A stretch of 64,000 bases of DNA from an uncultured Gemmatimonadaceae bacterium (GCA_963781585.1 CAWAGQ010000002.1:160001-224000); one strand, 5' to 3'. Shown: positions 10,252 through 21,963, counted from the stretch's first letter. Notes: generated from the letters alone by a model not told the origin. Made by a program: numbers and translations.

Positions 10252-10332
10252 TGACTGTCAAGATCGCTGGAACCGTGACCTCATCCGCTCATCGCTTGAC
10301 AGCCCGCGACGAGTCGTACCGATTCCGCTTCC

Positions 10333-11142
10333 ATGGAAGGTCGTGTCCGAATCGGTTGTCAGGGGTGGAACTACGACGCGTGGGTGGGACCGTTCTATCC
10401 GAGCGGAACCAGGCCCGCCGACTACCTCTCGGTGTACGCGCGGGCATTCGACACGGTCGAGGTCGACTCGACCTTCTACGCCATCCCGCCGGTGAAGACC
10501 TTTCGGAGCTGGGCAGAGCGAGTGCCCGCGGGATTCAGCTTCGCGCTCAAGCTCCCGCAGGAGATCACCCACGAGAACCGGCTCCGACGCGCCGATGATC
10601 TCACCAACCTGTTCTTCGAGCGGGCGCGTGAGCTCGGAGACAAGCTCGGCCCCATCCTCGTGCAGCTGGGCCCGGACTTCGGCCCCGCCGAGCTTCCGGG
10701 GCTGGCGCAGTTTCTCCCCAAGCTGCCGCGCGATCTCGCCATCGCCGTGGAGTTCCGGCAGCGGGCGTGGATGCACGAGGGCATTCTGGCACTGCTGGCC
10801 GAGCATAACGTGGCGCTCGCCCTGAGCGACGGGCGGTGGGTACCGCGCAAGACGATGCTCACCCTGGCCGAGCATCCGACCTCGAACTTCGCCTACATCA
10901 GATGGATGGGCCCCAACCGCGACCTGGTTGACTACTCGCGGATTCAGGTGGACCGGCGGCGCGAGCTGGAGGCGTGGGCCGCAGTCCTGCCGGGTCTTGC
11001 CGCGCGCGTGGAGGTTGCGTACGGCTTCGTGAACAACCATTTCGCCGGCCACGCCCCGGCGTCGGCTCGCGAGCTCCAGCGCCGGCTCGGTCAGCCGGTG
11101 GTAGAGCCAAGCCAGCTCGGTGAGCAGATGAGTCTCTTCTAG
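10333..11142 (+). CDS. DUF72 domain protein
   Basis: IGCQGWNY..W...FYP, TVEVDSTFY, FALKLPQEITH, FVNNH. Confidence 0.9.
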   Translation: MEGRVRIGCQGWNYDAWVGPFYPSGTRPADYLSVYARAFDTVEVDSTFYAIPPVKTFRSWAERVPAGFSFALKLPQEITHENRLRRADDLTNLFFERARELGDKLGPILVQLGPDFGPAELPGLAQFLPKLPRDLAIAVEFRQRAWMHEGILALLAEHNVALALSDGRWVPRKTMLTLAEHPTSNFAYIRWMGPNRDLVDYSRIQVDRRRELEAWAAVLPGLAARVEVAYGFVNNHFAGHAPASARELQRRLGQPVVEPSQLGEQMSLF

Positions 11143-11225
11143 GACGTGGACAATGGTGCGGATTCCCGGGTGGTGACGCGGTCCGTTATCCTCCGACGTC
11201 CTTCCTCGGAATGTATCGCTCAATC

Positions 11226-11975
11226 ATGCCCCGCCGTCTCGTCGGCTTCGCAGTCTTTGCGCTCGCCATTTCGTTAGGGTGCGCCCGCCTCGGCTTCTGG
11301 CAGATCTCGCGATTGCACGAACGCCAGGCGCGGAACGCGATGATCCTGAGCCGACTCGATGCGCCACCGGTGGCCGCACGCACGCTGGCGGGCGACACGG
11401 GCATCCGCTTCCGCCGCGCCACCGCATCCGGCCGCTACGACTACGGCCACGAGCTCCTCTACGCCACGCGCCCCCGTGACGGATCTCCCGGCGTGAACTT
11501 CCTCACGCCGTTGCTCCTCGGCGCGGGAGACACTGCCCTCCTGGTCAACCGGGGGTGGGTCTACTCGCCCGACGGAATGACGGTGGACGCCGCGCGTTGG
11601 CGGGAGGAAGAAGGGGATTCATCGCGTGTCGAAGGGTTCGTCGAGGAATTCACCCCGGCGGACGAACCGGTTTCGACCCACACGGCCCCCACCGCTGTCC
11701 GGCGGCTGGACTTCGACTCGATTCGGGCGCGGCTGCCGTACCCGATCCTTCCGGTCATCCTTGTCCAGCAGATCCCGCCCGACGCTGCCGCGGTACAGCG
11801 CGTCCCGGTACGCATCGACCCGCCGCCGCTGAGCGAGGGGCCGCACCGGTCATACGCGATACAGTGGTTCGGGTTTGCCCTCATCGGAATCGTGGGCACG
11901 GTCATGGTGATTGAACGCGACCGCCGGCGCGCACGTGAGACGCAGGAGCGGGCCGAACACGGGCAAACAGGGTAG
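11226..11975 (+). CDS. SURF1 family protein
   Basis: LGFWQISR, LVNRGWV, HRSYAIQWF. Confidence 0.9.
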   Translation: MPRRLVGFAVFALAISLGCARLGFWQISRLHERQARNAMILSRLDAPPVAARTLAGDTGIRFRRATASGRYDYGHELLYATRPRDGSPGVNFLTPLLLGAGDTALLVNRGWVYSPDGMTVDAARWREEEGDSSRVEGFVEEFTPADEPVSTHTAPTAVRRLDFDSIRARLPYPILPVILVQQIPPDAAAVQRVPVRIDPPPLSEGPHRSYAIQWFGFALIGIVGTVMVIERDRRRARETQERAEHGQTG

Positions 11976-12081
11976 AATTCGGCAGCCGCAAAGCGCATCG
12001 CGCTGACCCCGCCAGGCCAGGTTCGTCAATCACTGGGAGATGGCCGCACGCGCCGGACGCGCCTTCATACACGAGACTTTC

Positions 12082-14016
12082 ATGACCGACACTCCGCACG
12101 GACACGCCACCGAAAAGGAAGCTCGCGATGTCGCCGAAGCGGCGCGCGAGACCGAGTGGCAGCATCCGAGTTTCGTCCGTGAGCTCTTCCTTGGGCGCTT
12201 CCGGCTCGACCTGGTTCATCCGCATCCCGAGCGCCACGATCCCGACGAAGAGGCGCGGGCTGCGGAGTTCATGGTCCGGCTGCGCGAGTTCCTGGAGCGC
12301 GTCGATTCCGAAGAGATCGACCGCACGGGCGAGATTCCGGAATCGCTGGTACAGGAGCTGCGCGACATGGGCGCGTTCGGGATCAAGATCCCGCGCGAGT
12401 ACGGCGGTCTCGGTCTCTCGCAGATGACGTACATCCGCGCCATGGAGCTGGTCACGTCGAAGGACGGCAGCCTCACGGCCCTGCTGTCGGCGAGTCAGTC
12501 GATCGGCGTTCCGCAACCGCTCAAGCTGTTCGGGTCGGAGGAGCAGAAGCGGAAGTTCTTCCCGCGGCTGGCACAGGGGGCGATCAGCGCGTTCGCGCTC
12601 ACCGAAGTGAACGCGGGTTCCGATCCCGCCAACATGGCGACCACAGCGACGCCGGTGGACGGCGGACGGTTCTTCGTCCTCAACGGCGAGAAGCTCTGGT
12701 GCACCAACGGCACGCGCGCCGAGCTGTTTGTGGTCATGGCGCGCACGCCGGACCGGGAGACGCCCGACGGGAAGAAGCGCAAGCAGATCACCGCGTTCAT
12801 CGTCGACGCGGCGATGCCGGGAGTGGAAGTCGCTCACCGATGCCGATTCATGGGACTCAAGGCGATCGAGAACGGGCTGATCCGGTTCCGCGACGTGAAA
12901 GTGCCGGCCGAGAACATTCTGTGGGGCGAGGGAAAGGGGTTGAAGCTGGCACTGATCACGCTGAACACGGGGCGGCTGACGCTGCCGGCGGGGTCGGCGG
13001 GGGTGGCGAAGGCGATGCTACGGATCTGCCGCGACTGGGCCAACGAGCGGGTGCAGTGGGGCCAGCCGATCGGGAAGCACGATGCGATCGCGCAGAAGAT
13101 CGGGCACATGGCAGCGGATGCATTCGCGATGGAGGCGGTGGCCGAGTTGTCGACGGCGCTGTACGAGCAGGGCGGGTACGACATCCGGCTCGAGGCGGCG
13201 GTGGCCAAGATGTGGAACACGGAGATGGGATGGCGGATCGTCGATGACACGGTGCAGGTGCGCGGCGGGCGCGGATACGAGACGGCCGATTCCCTCCGCG
13301 GGCGCGGCGAAAAGCCGATTCCGGTGGAGCGGGCGATGCGGGACTACCGCATCAACCTGATCTTCGAGGGCTCGTCCGAGATCATGCGGCTGTTCATTGC
13401 CCGCGAGGCGGTGGACAAGCACTTCGCGATGGCGTTCCCGATCGTGAGCCCGGATTCCACCATGTCGCAGCGCCTGTCGGCGTTAGGCAGATCGCTGCCG
13501 TTCTATGCGGCGTGGTATCCGGCGCGGTGGCTGTCGGTGCTGCGGCCGCGGACCTACGGCGAGTTCGGCCGGCTGGCAAGGCACCTGCGGTTCGCCGATC
13601 GCGCCACCAACCATCTCGGGCGGGCGCTCTTCCATGCGATGATCCGGTTCGGTCCGAAGCTGGAGCGACGCCAGATGGTCCTGTTCCGGGCAGTGGACAT
13701 CGGCGCCGAGTTGTACGCGATTGCCGCGTCATGTGTCCGGGCGCAGATGCTCGCGAAGCGCGGGCAGCGCGAGGCAGTGCGGCTGGCCGACGTCTTCTGC
13801 CGCGAGGCGCGGGAGCGCATCCGCAAGCGCTTCGGCGAACTGTACGGCAGGAACGACGTGACGGTGTACCGCCTGGCGCAGGAGGTCCTGCGTGGCGAGC
13901 ATGCCTGGCTGGAGCAGGGGATCGTGGGGATGACGCCGGACGCGCCGGCGCCCGCGGCCTCGCGTGAACCGGCCGTGTCGCGCGCGGAGCGGGAGCCGGC
14001 GGGCGTGGGGGACTAG
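12082..14016 (+). CDS. Acyl-CoA dehydrogenase (long, VLCAD-like)
   Basis: FALTEVNAGSD, LNGEKLWCTNG, RINLIFEGSSEI. Confidence 0.92.
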   Translation: MTDTPHGHATEKEARDVAEAARETEWQHPSFVRELFLGRFRLDLVHPHPERHDPDEEARAAEFMVRLREFLERVDSEEIDRTGEIPESLVQELRDMGAFGIKIPREYGGLGLSQMTYIRAMELVTSKDGSLTALLSASQSIGVPQPLKLFGSEEQKRKFFPRLAQGAISAFALTEVNAGSDPANMATTATPVDGGRFFVLNGEKLWCTNGTRAELFVVMARTPDRETPDGKKRKQITAFIVDAAMPGVEVAHRCRFMGLKAIENGLIRFRDVKVPAENILWGEGKGLKLALITLNTGRLTLPAGSAGVAKAMLRICRDWANERVQWGQPIGKHDAIAQKIGHMAADAFAMEAVAELSTALYEQGGYDIRLEAAVAKMWNTEMGWRIVDDTVQVRGGRGYETADSLRGRGEKPIPVERAMRDYRINLIFEGSSEIMRLFIAREAVDKHFAMAFPIVSPDSTMSQRLSALGRSLPFYAAWYPARWLSVLRPRTYGEFGRLARHLRFADRATNHLGRALFHAMIRFGPKLERRQMVLFRAVDIGAELYAIAASCVRAQMLAKRGQREAVRLADVFCREARERIRKRFGELYGRNDVTVYRLAQEVLRGEHAWLEQGIVGMTPDAPAPAASREPAVSRAEREPAGVGD

Positions 14017-14134
14017 CCGATCGTTCGGCACGTCGAATCTGCGCGTCCCGATCCACGGCCGGGTCGGGGCCCAGCGTTCGTGCGGCAACTTGTCAGGCTG
14101 CGCCGCTCGGCCCGTCCTCCGGTAGTTCCTCCGA

Positions 14135-15517
14135 TCAGCCGAGGTGGAGCAGGCGGCGCGCGATGCTGAAGTAGGTGACGATTCCGAGGACGTCGACCAG
14201 CGAGGCGACGAACGGCGACGAAGCCACCGCCGGATCGAACCCGATGCGCCGGAGCAGGAGGGGGAGCATCGCGCCGAGGACGGTGCCGGCCAGGATGACC
14301 GTGAGCAGCGTGAGCGCCACCACGATCGCCATGTCCAGGCCGCTGTGCCACATCAACGCGCGCAACAGGCCAACACCGCCGAGGAATCCGCCGAGCAACA
14401 GGCCCTGACCCAGTTCCCGCCGCAGCACGCGGAGCACATCTCGCAACTCGATGTCGCCCACGGCGAGGCCGCGCGTGATCAGCGTGGCCGACTGTGAACC
14501 GGAGTTGCCGCCGGAGCTGATGATGAGGGGCACGAAGAACATGAGGGCGGTGCTGGCCTCGAGCAGCCGCTGGTATTCGCGGAGCGCCGTGCCGGTGAAC
14601 ATCTCTTCGACGAACAGGAGGATCAGCCAGCCGCCCCTCTTGCGCAGCACGCTCCAGAAGCTGGCGGCGAAGTAGGGCTCCTCGAGCGGCTGGACGGCAC
14701 CGAGCCGCTGCACGTCCTCGGTCTGCTCCTCCACCATGGCATCGATGACGTCGTCGACGGTGATGATGCCGACGATGCGGCCGAAGCCGTCCACGACCGG
14801 GACGGCGACCAGGTCGTACTCGGAGGTGAGGCGGGCGACCTCGGCGCGGTCGGCGGAGGTGGGGACCGACAGGATTTCGGTGCGCATCACGTCGGCCACC
14901 GTCGCGCCTTCGGGCGCGGCCACCAGTTCGCGGAGCGACAGCACCCCGACCAGCAGGCCGTCCGTGTCCACGACGTAGATGGCGTGCATGGCTTCGTGAC
15001 GTCCGCCACGCGCGGCCGCCCGGACGGTGGCCAGCGCTTCTTCGATGGTGAGACTGCGCGCGACCGAGACGAACTCGGTCGTCATCAGCCCGCCGGCGGT
15101 GTCGGGCTCGTACTTGAGGAGGCGTTCGGTCTCCTGTCGCGCTTCGGCCGAGAGATCGGAGAGGATCTCGTCGGCAGTCTCCTCCTCCAGCTCCTCGAGC
15201 ACGTCGACGCGATCGTCGGGATTCATCTCGGCGACGAGCTCGGCGGCCTGTTCGGTGCTCATCCGCTCGAAGAGCTCGGTGCGGAGCTCTTCGTCGAGGT
15301 ACTCGACGACTTCGGCCGCGCGCGCAGCGGGGAGGGCGCGGAGGAATTCGAGCGTGCGTTCCGGCGGCATCGCCTCCGCCACGTCGGCGAGATCGGCCGG
15401 GTGCATTTCTTCGGTCTCGACGGCGACGTCCTGCGGAGACTCGGCGAGCAGGGCGAGGATATCCGGGGCGAGCAGGGCCGCGACGGGACGGTCGGAGCTG
15501 TGCTGTGGTGGCGTCAT
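14135..15517 (-). CDS. mgtE: Magnesium transporter MgtE
   Basis: MgtE N-domain (MHPADLAD), CBS pair, SSGGNSGSQ, DPAVASSPFV..VD. Confidence 0.95.
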   Translation of the reverse strand: MTPPQHSSDRPVAALLAPDILALLAESPQDVAVETEEMHPADLADVAEAMPPERTLEFLRALPAARAAEVVEYLDEELRTELFERMSTEQAAELVAEMNPDDRVDVLEELEEETADEILSDLSAEARQETERLLKYEPDTAGGLMTTEFVSVARSLTIEEALATVRAAARGGRHEAMHAIYVVDTDGLLVGVLSLRELVAAPEGATVADVMRTEILSVPTSADRAEVARLTSEYDLVAVPVVDGFGRIVGIITVDDVIDAMVEEQTEDVQRLGAVQPLEEPYFAASFWSVLRKRGGWLILLFVEEMFTGTALREYQRLLEASTALMFFVPLIISSGGNSGSQSATLITRGLAVGDIELRDVLRVLRRELGQGLLLGGFLGGVGLLRALMWHSGLDMAIVVALTLLTVILAGTVLGAMLPLLLRRIGFDPAVASSPFVASLVDVLGIVTYFSIARRLLHLG

Positions 15518-15731
15518 ACGTCGTGTCCGGACAGTGGCTTGCGAGGCCGGTGAGGAAGCGCGCGGGCAAGTTAGGTGCGTCGCCTCGGCCGTACAAGAAC
15601 GGCTCATCCCGGGTTCCCAACCTTTTGTCGCGGATCGGTGTCGCATCCACGTCACACGCCGGGCGTGGTGGTGTGCCGGGCGATCTACAATCCCGTCCGA
15701 CCGCGTTGCTCTGGAATTCAGCCGAAGCCCG

Positions 15732-18287
15732 ATGCGCTTTCTTCCGATCGTTCTCGCGATCAGTCTCGCTGGCGTCGGCCCGGTGGCCGCGCAGCAACTC
15801 GTCAGGCATCCAGCCACCGCTCCGGGCGCTCCGGCGGTTGCGATCGCGCGCGCGGTGAAGGCGCCGGACCCGATCGTCGTCGACGGCACGGACAGTGATC
15901 CCGTCTGGGGGGACGCGCCGGTGGTGGACGGCTTCCGCGTGTTCGATCCGGTGGAGGACGCCAATCCCACGATGCGGACCACCGCCCGGTTCGCCTACGA
16001 TGCGCACAATCTGTACGTCCTGGTGCGGGCGTTCGATCCGCACCCGGACAGCATCATGGCCCTTCTCTCGCGGCGGGATGAGCGCACCCAGTCCGACTAC
16101 ATCCGGGTGATCGTGGACTCATACCACGACAAGCGCACCGGCTACGAGTTCATGGTCAACCCGGCGGGCGTGAAGCGCGACCTCTACCTGTACAACGACA
16201 CCCAGGAAGACGTGTCGTGGGACGCCGTCTGGGACGTGAAGACGACGATCGATTCGTTAGGCTGGGTGGCCGAGTTCCGGATCCCGCTGAGCCAGCTGCG
16301 CTATCCCCGTGAGGACACCCACACCTTCGGTGTGGCGGTGCACCGTGAGGTAGGGCGGCTCAACGAGCGATCCAGCTGGCCCCTCTGGCGCCGGTCGCTG
16401 TTCGGCATCGCCTCGCAGCTGGGCGAGGTGGAGGGGCTGACGGGCATCGCCGCCCCGCGCCGACTCGAGGTGCTGCCCTATTCCGTGCAGACCAACGAGA
16501 GCGTGGTGCGGAACCAGTCGTTCGGACGAACGCAGCGCGGCACGGTGGGCGCCGACGTGAAGTACGGCCTGTCGTCGAACCTGACGCTCGACGCCGCCAT
16601 CAACCCCGATTTCGGCCAGATCGAAGCCGACCCGTCGGTACTCAACCTCTCGGCGTTCGAGCAGGTCTACGAGGAGAAGCGCCCGTTCTTTCTCGAGGGC
16701 ACGGGCATCTTCCGGTTCGACCAGGACTGTAATGACGGGAACTGCACCGGACTGTTCTACTCGCGCCGCATCGGTCGCGCGCCGCAGCTCCCGGGCCTGA
16801 GCGCCGATCCGAACGCGGTGCCCACGGCGACGACCATTGCCGGAGCCACCAAACTCACGGGCCGATTCGCCAACGGCCTGTCGGTCGGTATCCTCGATGC
16901 CGTTACCCTGCGGGAGTCGGTGGGCGACACGCTGACCGTCGAGCCCCGGACAAACTATCTGGTGGCGCGGTTCAATCAGGATCTGCGCCAGGGGAAGAGC
17001 GGCATCGGCGCGATTCTCACGGCGGTGAACCGGGATCTCGACCCGCAGAGCCGGCCGTACCTGCGCCGCGAGGCGTACACCGGCGGCATCGACCTGCGCC
17101 ATCGCTTCGCGCGGGGCGGGAACTACCAGTTCAGCGGCAACGTGGTCGGAAGCCTGGTGCGCGGATCGGCGGGCGCGATCGCCGTCACCCAGCGCAGCTC
17201 GGTGCACTTCTACCAGCGTCCCGACGACGATCTGCGCTACGACACCACCCGCACCAGTCTCTCCGGGTACGGCGTCAGTGCCGGGCTGAACAAGGTGGGC
17301 GGCGGCATCACGCGCTTCTACACCGGCGGCTGGTATCGCTCGGCGGGGCTCGAGGTGAACGACGCGGGTTTCATGACGTCGGTCAACAACATGGGATGGT
17401 CGAACTGGTTTGCCTTCGTGTTTCAGAAGCCGAAATCGATCTACCGCAGTCTGCAGATCAATTTCAATCAATGGAACAACTTTCTTCCGGACGGCAGGAC
17501 CACCGGCATCGGCGGCAACGTGAACGCCAACGCGACGCTCAAGAACATGTGGTTCGTGTACGGCGGCATCGGCGGGTCGCGGGCGGCGTACTGTGCCTCG
17601 TGCCTGCGCGGCGGTCCGCTGCTGCGCACCACGCCGCAGCTCAACAGCTGGTTCGGCTTCTCGGGCGACTCGCGGCATGCACTGGTGCCGGGCATCGATG
17701 GCGGATACAACCGCGGCGACAACGGCCGGTCCTTCTCGTTTTCCTTCGCGCCGTACGTGAACGCCAGGATCGCCAGCCGGTTCTCGACCACCATCGGCGT
17801 GTCGTACAACAGGAACGTGAGCGACCGGCAATGGCTGGGGAACTTCGGGGACATCGGGAGCGATACCACGCACTACACGGTGGCGCATCTGTCGCAGAAG
17901 ACGCTCTCGATGACCACTCGGCTGAATTTCACCGTCAGCCCCGTGCTGTCGTTCCAGTTCTACGGACAGCCGTTCGTGTCGTCGGGCACCTACTCGGACT
18001 GGCGCGAGGTCACGAATCCGCGGGCGACGCGCTATGGCGACGCGTTCGTACCGTTCACGCAGGAGGGCGATCCCGGTGCCTTCAACTTCAAGCAGTTCCG
18101 CTCGAATACGGTGATCCGCTGGGAGTATCGGCCCGGTTCAACGCTCTTTCTGGTCTGGCAGCAGGGGCGCGAGCAGAGCGACCTCGACCTCGGCGAATTC
18201 AGCGCCCTGCACGATTACCGGCACCTCTTCGGGGCCCATCCGCGGAACACGTTCCTGATCAAGGCGAGTTACTGGTTGTCCTTGTAG
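15732..18287 (+). CDS. Exported CBM9-like + DUF5916 outer-membrane protein
   Basis: Signal peptide; GWVAEFRIPLSQLRY, NPDFGQIEAD, EKRPFFLEG, LFYSRRIG; ends KASYWLSL. Confidence 0.8.
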   Translation: MRFLPIVLAISLAGVGPVAAQQLVRHPATAPGAPAVAIARAVKAPDPIVVDGTDSDPVWGDAPVVDGFRVFDPVEDANPTMRTTARFAYDAHNLYVLVRAFDPHPDSIMALLSRRDERTQSDYIRVIVDSYHDKRTGYEFMVNPAGVKRDLYLYNDTQEDVSWDAVWDVKTTIDSLGWVAEFRIPLSQLRYPREDTHTFGVAVHREVGRLNERSSWPLWRRSLFGIASQLGEVEGLTGIAAPRRLEVLPYSVQTNESVVRNQSFGRTQRGTVGADVKYGLSSNLTLDAAINPDFGQIEADPSVLNLSAFEQVYEEKRPFFLEGTGIFRFDQDCNDGNCTGLFYSRRIGRAPQLPGLSADPNAVPTATTIAGATKLTGRFANGLSVGILDAVTLRESVGDTLTVEPRTNYLVARFNQDLRQGKSGIGAILTAVNRDLDPQSRPYLRREAYTGGIDLRHRFARGGNYQFSGNVVGSLVRGSAGAIAVTQRSSVHFYQRPDDDLRYDTTRTSLSGYGVSAGLNKVGGGITRFYTGGWYRSAGLEVNDAGFMTSVNNMGWSNWFAFVFQKPKSIYRSLQINFNQWNNFLPDGRTTGIGGNVNANATLKNMWFVYGGIGGSRAAYCASCLRGGPLLRTTPQLNSWFGFSGDSRHALVPGIDGGYNRGDNGRSFSFSFAPYVNARIASRFSTTIGVSYNRNVSDRQWLGNFGDIGSDTTHYTVAHLSQKTLSMTTRLNFTVSPVLSFQFYGQPFVSSGTYSDWREVTNPRATRYGDAFVPFTQEGDPGAFNFKQFRSNTVIRWEYRPGSTLFLVWQQGREQSDLDLGEFSALHDYRHLFGAHPRNTFLIKASYWLSL

Positions 18288-18395
<108 letters not shown>

Positions 18396-18542
18396 GGCGC
18401 GGCCCTTCGACTTCCGTTGACGATGTCGCGGCGGCCGACGAGCTTCCCCGAGGAGTGATCCCGGGGGCGCCGCAGGAGGCTGGCGCTCAGCTCGCGACCA
18501 CCCGCGGGCAGCGATCCGTCAACGCCTAGTCCCTTACCGCAC

Positions 18543-19435
18543 ATGCGCGTCGCCTTTCTCGGCCTGGGAGCCATTGGTGCGCCGATGGCCCGGCACCTCG
18601 CCACACCGTACGAGCTAAGTGTCTGGAACCGCACGGCCAGCCGGGCCGACGCGTTTGCCAACGGCACCCGCGCACGCGTGGCTCGCTCGCCGCGCGATGC
18701 CGCAACCGGCGCGGCCGTTGTCGTCACCTGCCTCCCGACCTCGCGCGAAGTCGAGGCGCTGCTGGATGGCGACGACGGCCTCTTCGAGGCGATGGACCGC
18801 GGATCGACGCTCGTGGACTGCACCTCAGGGGATCCCGCGACGTCGCGCCGCATCGCGCGCGGCTGGCCGAGCGCGGGGCCGGTTTCGTGGACGCGCCCGT
18901 GAGCGGCGGTGTGTCAGGGGCCGAGAAGGGGAAACTGACGGTGATGTGCGGCGGCGATGCCGACGTATTCGCGCGCGCGCGGCCGATCCTCGAGACGTTC
19001 GGCGAGAAGATCGTGCTGTGCGGGCCGGTGGGCGCCGGGCATGCGGTGAAAGCAGTCAACCAGGCGATGCTCGGCGCGCACATCTGGGCGCTGTCGGAGG
19101 GCCTGGTGGCCCTGCAGAAGGCCGGCGTTCCCACGCAGACGGCGCTCGACGTGATCAATGCCTCGAGCGGCCGCTCCAACACGTCCATGAACCTGTTCCC
19201 CGATCGCGTGATGACGCGCGCATTTCCCCGCACGTTCCGGCTGGCGTTGCTGGACAAGGATGTGCGCATCGCCGCCGAGTTCGCGCGCGAGCACGAGGTC
19301 GCGTCGCCAATGCTGCAGCTCGTCGCCGAACTGCTCCGCGTGGCCCGACATGAGCTGGGCGAGGAGGCAGATCACGTCGAGGCCGTGAAGGTGGTGGAGA
19401 GGTGGGCGGGAGTGGAGATAGAAGCAGGCTCATGA
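18543..19435 (+). CDS. 3-hydroxyisobutyrate dehydrogenase-family NAD(P)-dependent oxidoreductase (frameshift near 18860)
   Basis: FLGLGAIGAPMA in ORF 18543; DAPVSGG..KAVNQ in ORF 18887; the break lies in a CG run. Confidence 0.85.
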
Positions 19436-19476
19436 CCGACCGCTGAAAGCTGATGACTGATAACTGATCGCCGATT
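19435..19476 (+). repeat. Heptamer tandem repeat (RCTGATN family)
   Basis: ACCGACC GCTGAAA GCTGATG ACTGATA ACTGATC GCCGATT. Confidence 0.65.
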
Positions 19477-19480
19477 TCTT

Positions 19481-20740
19481 ATGACTCACGCTACCGAACC
19501 CGTCACCGTTGCTTCAACCGCGCAGATCCGCGCGCGCTTCCCGGCGCTGGAGCGGATCCATGCCGGGCATCCCGTTGCCTACTTCGACGGACCGGGCGGG
19601 ACGCAGGTGCCCGTTGATGTCGTGGACGCGATGGCGGACTACCTCTACCGCCATAACGCGAACACGCACTGGCACTATCCGTCCAGCGAAGAGACCGACG
19701 CCGCCATCGAGTCAGCGCGCGGTGCGGTGGCCGATTTCCTTGGCGCCCGCCCCGACGAGATATCGTTCGGCAACAACATGACTACGATCACCTTTCACCT
19801 CGCGCGCGCACTGGCACGCGGATGGAAGGCGGGTGACGAGGTCGTGGTGACGGAACTGGATCATCACGCGAACGTGGCGCCCTGGCGCGCCCTGGAACGC
19901 GAACGCGGCGTGGTCGTGCGCAGCATCCCGTTCGACACCGAGTCGGGCGAACTGGATCTGGACGCGCTGTCTGGCATTGTCTCGCCGAAGACACGCCTGC
20001 TCGCGATCGGTGCCGCGTCGAACGCGCTCGGCACCATCAGCGACGTGAAGCGCGCCGGACAGATGGCGCACGATGCGGGCGCGCTGGTGTTCGTGGACGC
20101 GGTGCACTTGGCCGCGCACGCCGCCATCGACGTGGCTGATATGGATTGCGATTTCCTCGCCTGCTCGGCCTACAAGTTCTACGGTCCGCACGCGGGAGTT
20201 CTGTTCGGCAAGGCGGATCTGTTGCGGGCGCTCGACGTGCCGAGGCTGGAGCCGGCGCCCGACACCATTCCCGAGCGCCTCGAGACCGGCACTCAGAATC
20301 ATGAAGGGATCGTCGGCACGGGCGCCGCGATCGAGTTTCTCGCGGCCATGTCGCCTGGGGCCACGCGACGCGAACGGCTGCGTTCCACCATGGGCACTCT
20401 GCACGCTCGCGGAACCGAACTGGCGGTCGCCATGTGGGACGGTCTGTGCCGAATCAGGGGTGTGCGGTGCTACGGCCCGCCTCCGACTCGCCCGCGCACG
20501 CCGACCCTCGCGTTCGTCGTGGCCGGCATGTCGTCGGAGTTGGTGGCGGAGCGGCTGGCGCAAGCCGGTATCTTCGTCTCCCACGGTGACTTCTACGCCA
20601 CGACGGTCATCGAGCGGCTGGGGCACTCCGCCGACGGGGTGGTTCGGGCGGGAGCGGCCTGCTACACGACGCCCGATGAAGTCAGCCGGCTTGTCGAGGC
20701 CGTGGCGGAAGTCGCAACGGCGGCCCGTCGTGGCACGTAG
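19481..20740 (+). CDS. Cysteine desulfurase-like class V aminotransferase
   Basis: YFDGPGGTQVP, LDHHAN, ACSAYKFYGPH, LETGT. Confidence 0.9.
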   Translation: MTHATEPVTVASTAQIRARFPALERIHAGHPVAYFDGPGGTQVPVDVVDAMADYLYRHNANTHWHYPSSEETDAAIESARGAVADFLGARPDEISFGNNMTTITFHLARALARGWKAGDEVVVTELDHHANVAPWRALERERGVVVRSIPFDTESGELDLDALSGIVSPKTRLLAIGAASNALGTISDVKRAGQMAHDAGALVFVDAVHLAAHAAIDVADMDCDFLACSAYKFYGPHAGVLFGKADLLRALDVPRLEPAPDTIPERLETGTQNHEGIVGTGAAIEFLAAMSPGATRRERLRSTMGTLHARGTELAVAMWDGLCRIRGVRCYGPPPTRPRTPTLAFVVAGMSSELVAERLAQAGIFVSHGDFYATTVIERLGHSADGVVRAGAACYTTPDEVSRLVEAVAEVATAARRGT

Positions 20741-20785
20741 GGGGGCACACGGTCGAGACACGCGCGGCCCGTATATTTGCGGGCG

Positions 20786-21963
20786 ATGATCACGGTCCGG
20801 CGTGTGTTGGTTCCGCTCGCGATGGCTGGGCTGGCGTCGTGCCGCCCGGGCACGGGCGCACGCGCGCCCGCGGCGAATCTGCTCGTGGTCGCCGGCGACT
20901 CGACGTTCTGGATCGCCAATGAAACGGGTGCGTTCGACGTCCGCCGATCGCCGATCCTGCTGGCACACTACGGCGGTCGCTTCTACGAATCTACGTCACC
21001 GACGACGACCGGTCATTCTACGACGCGGTCATCGTCGGGCAGCGCATCTATCGACGCGATCTGATCAGCGGCGATTCGGTCGCGGTGTTCGAGGATCCGA
21101 CCCTCGCCGAACTCGCGGCGTCATACGCATCGGCCCATCCGGGCCAGCGGCCGCTGGCGCCGGACGAAGACGGCGCGGACGATCCGATGATGAGCTCCAC
21201 GACCGAAACGGACATCGTGGACGTACTCGGCCCATTCGTGACCTTCGAGCAGCGCGCGGACATGGACCTGCCGGACGGCCGCGAGTTGCTCCACACGTCG
21301 CGCTCGGTGGTCGATCTGCGCTCGTCGCGGGTCATCGCCCTGGGCGACCTGGTCACGGACAGCGTTCGTCGCCGTCTTCTGCGCGATGAGCAGCGCGCAA
21401 TCACCGCGACGTTCGATTCCGTGCGGAGGTCGAGCGATCTGCGAGCACGCGTGGCGGCCAGGATGCTGCGCGGCTTCATCGAGGATGACTCCAGCTTCTC
21501 GCTCGTTGTGGTCGACACCGGACCGGCGGTGGCGTTCCTGGTTCCCGGGCAGGGCGAGCGCGCCGGCGGCTACGCGCTCCCGTTGCCACCGATGCGCATC
21601 CCGGCCGGAGCGTGGTGGAACGAGGTGCGCGGCACGCTGCCGCTGCACCGGGGGCCCACCGAGGATGCGTGGGCCGGGCCCGGGTACGACGTGGTGGCGC
21701 GGTACGACTCCGCCGCAGACGCTGCGTTGCTCGTCCTGCGCGATGTCCGGGGGAGGGAGTTCTTCGCCACTCCTCTCCCGGCTCCGGTGACGCGGGTGTA
21801 CCGACTGGACAGTCTGGCGCGCGATACGGTGGCGATCAACGCCCTCCGGCGTGCGTTCGACGAAGCCTCGGCCGGCGCCAGCGACACCAGCAAGGCCATC
21901 ACGACGGTCCCACCCATGGGGATGCCACCCGTCTCCAACTGGACGCGGCGGCGCCCGCCCTGA
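20786..21963 (+). CDS. Hypothetical lipoprotein (frameshift near 20988)
   Basis: Lipobox LASC in ORF 20777; continues in the frame of ORF 21085 (YVTDDDRSFYDAVIVGQRIYRRDL). Confidence 0.6.

Noticed and set aside
15027..15982. Long overlapping N-terminal extensions of mgtE and the DUF5916 gene
   Set aside because: High-GC stop-free antisense extensions; real starts are about 15517 and 15732
18543..19435. Programmed frameshifting in split genes
   Set aside because: No slippery-site pattern; breaks are scattered across unrelated genes
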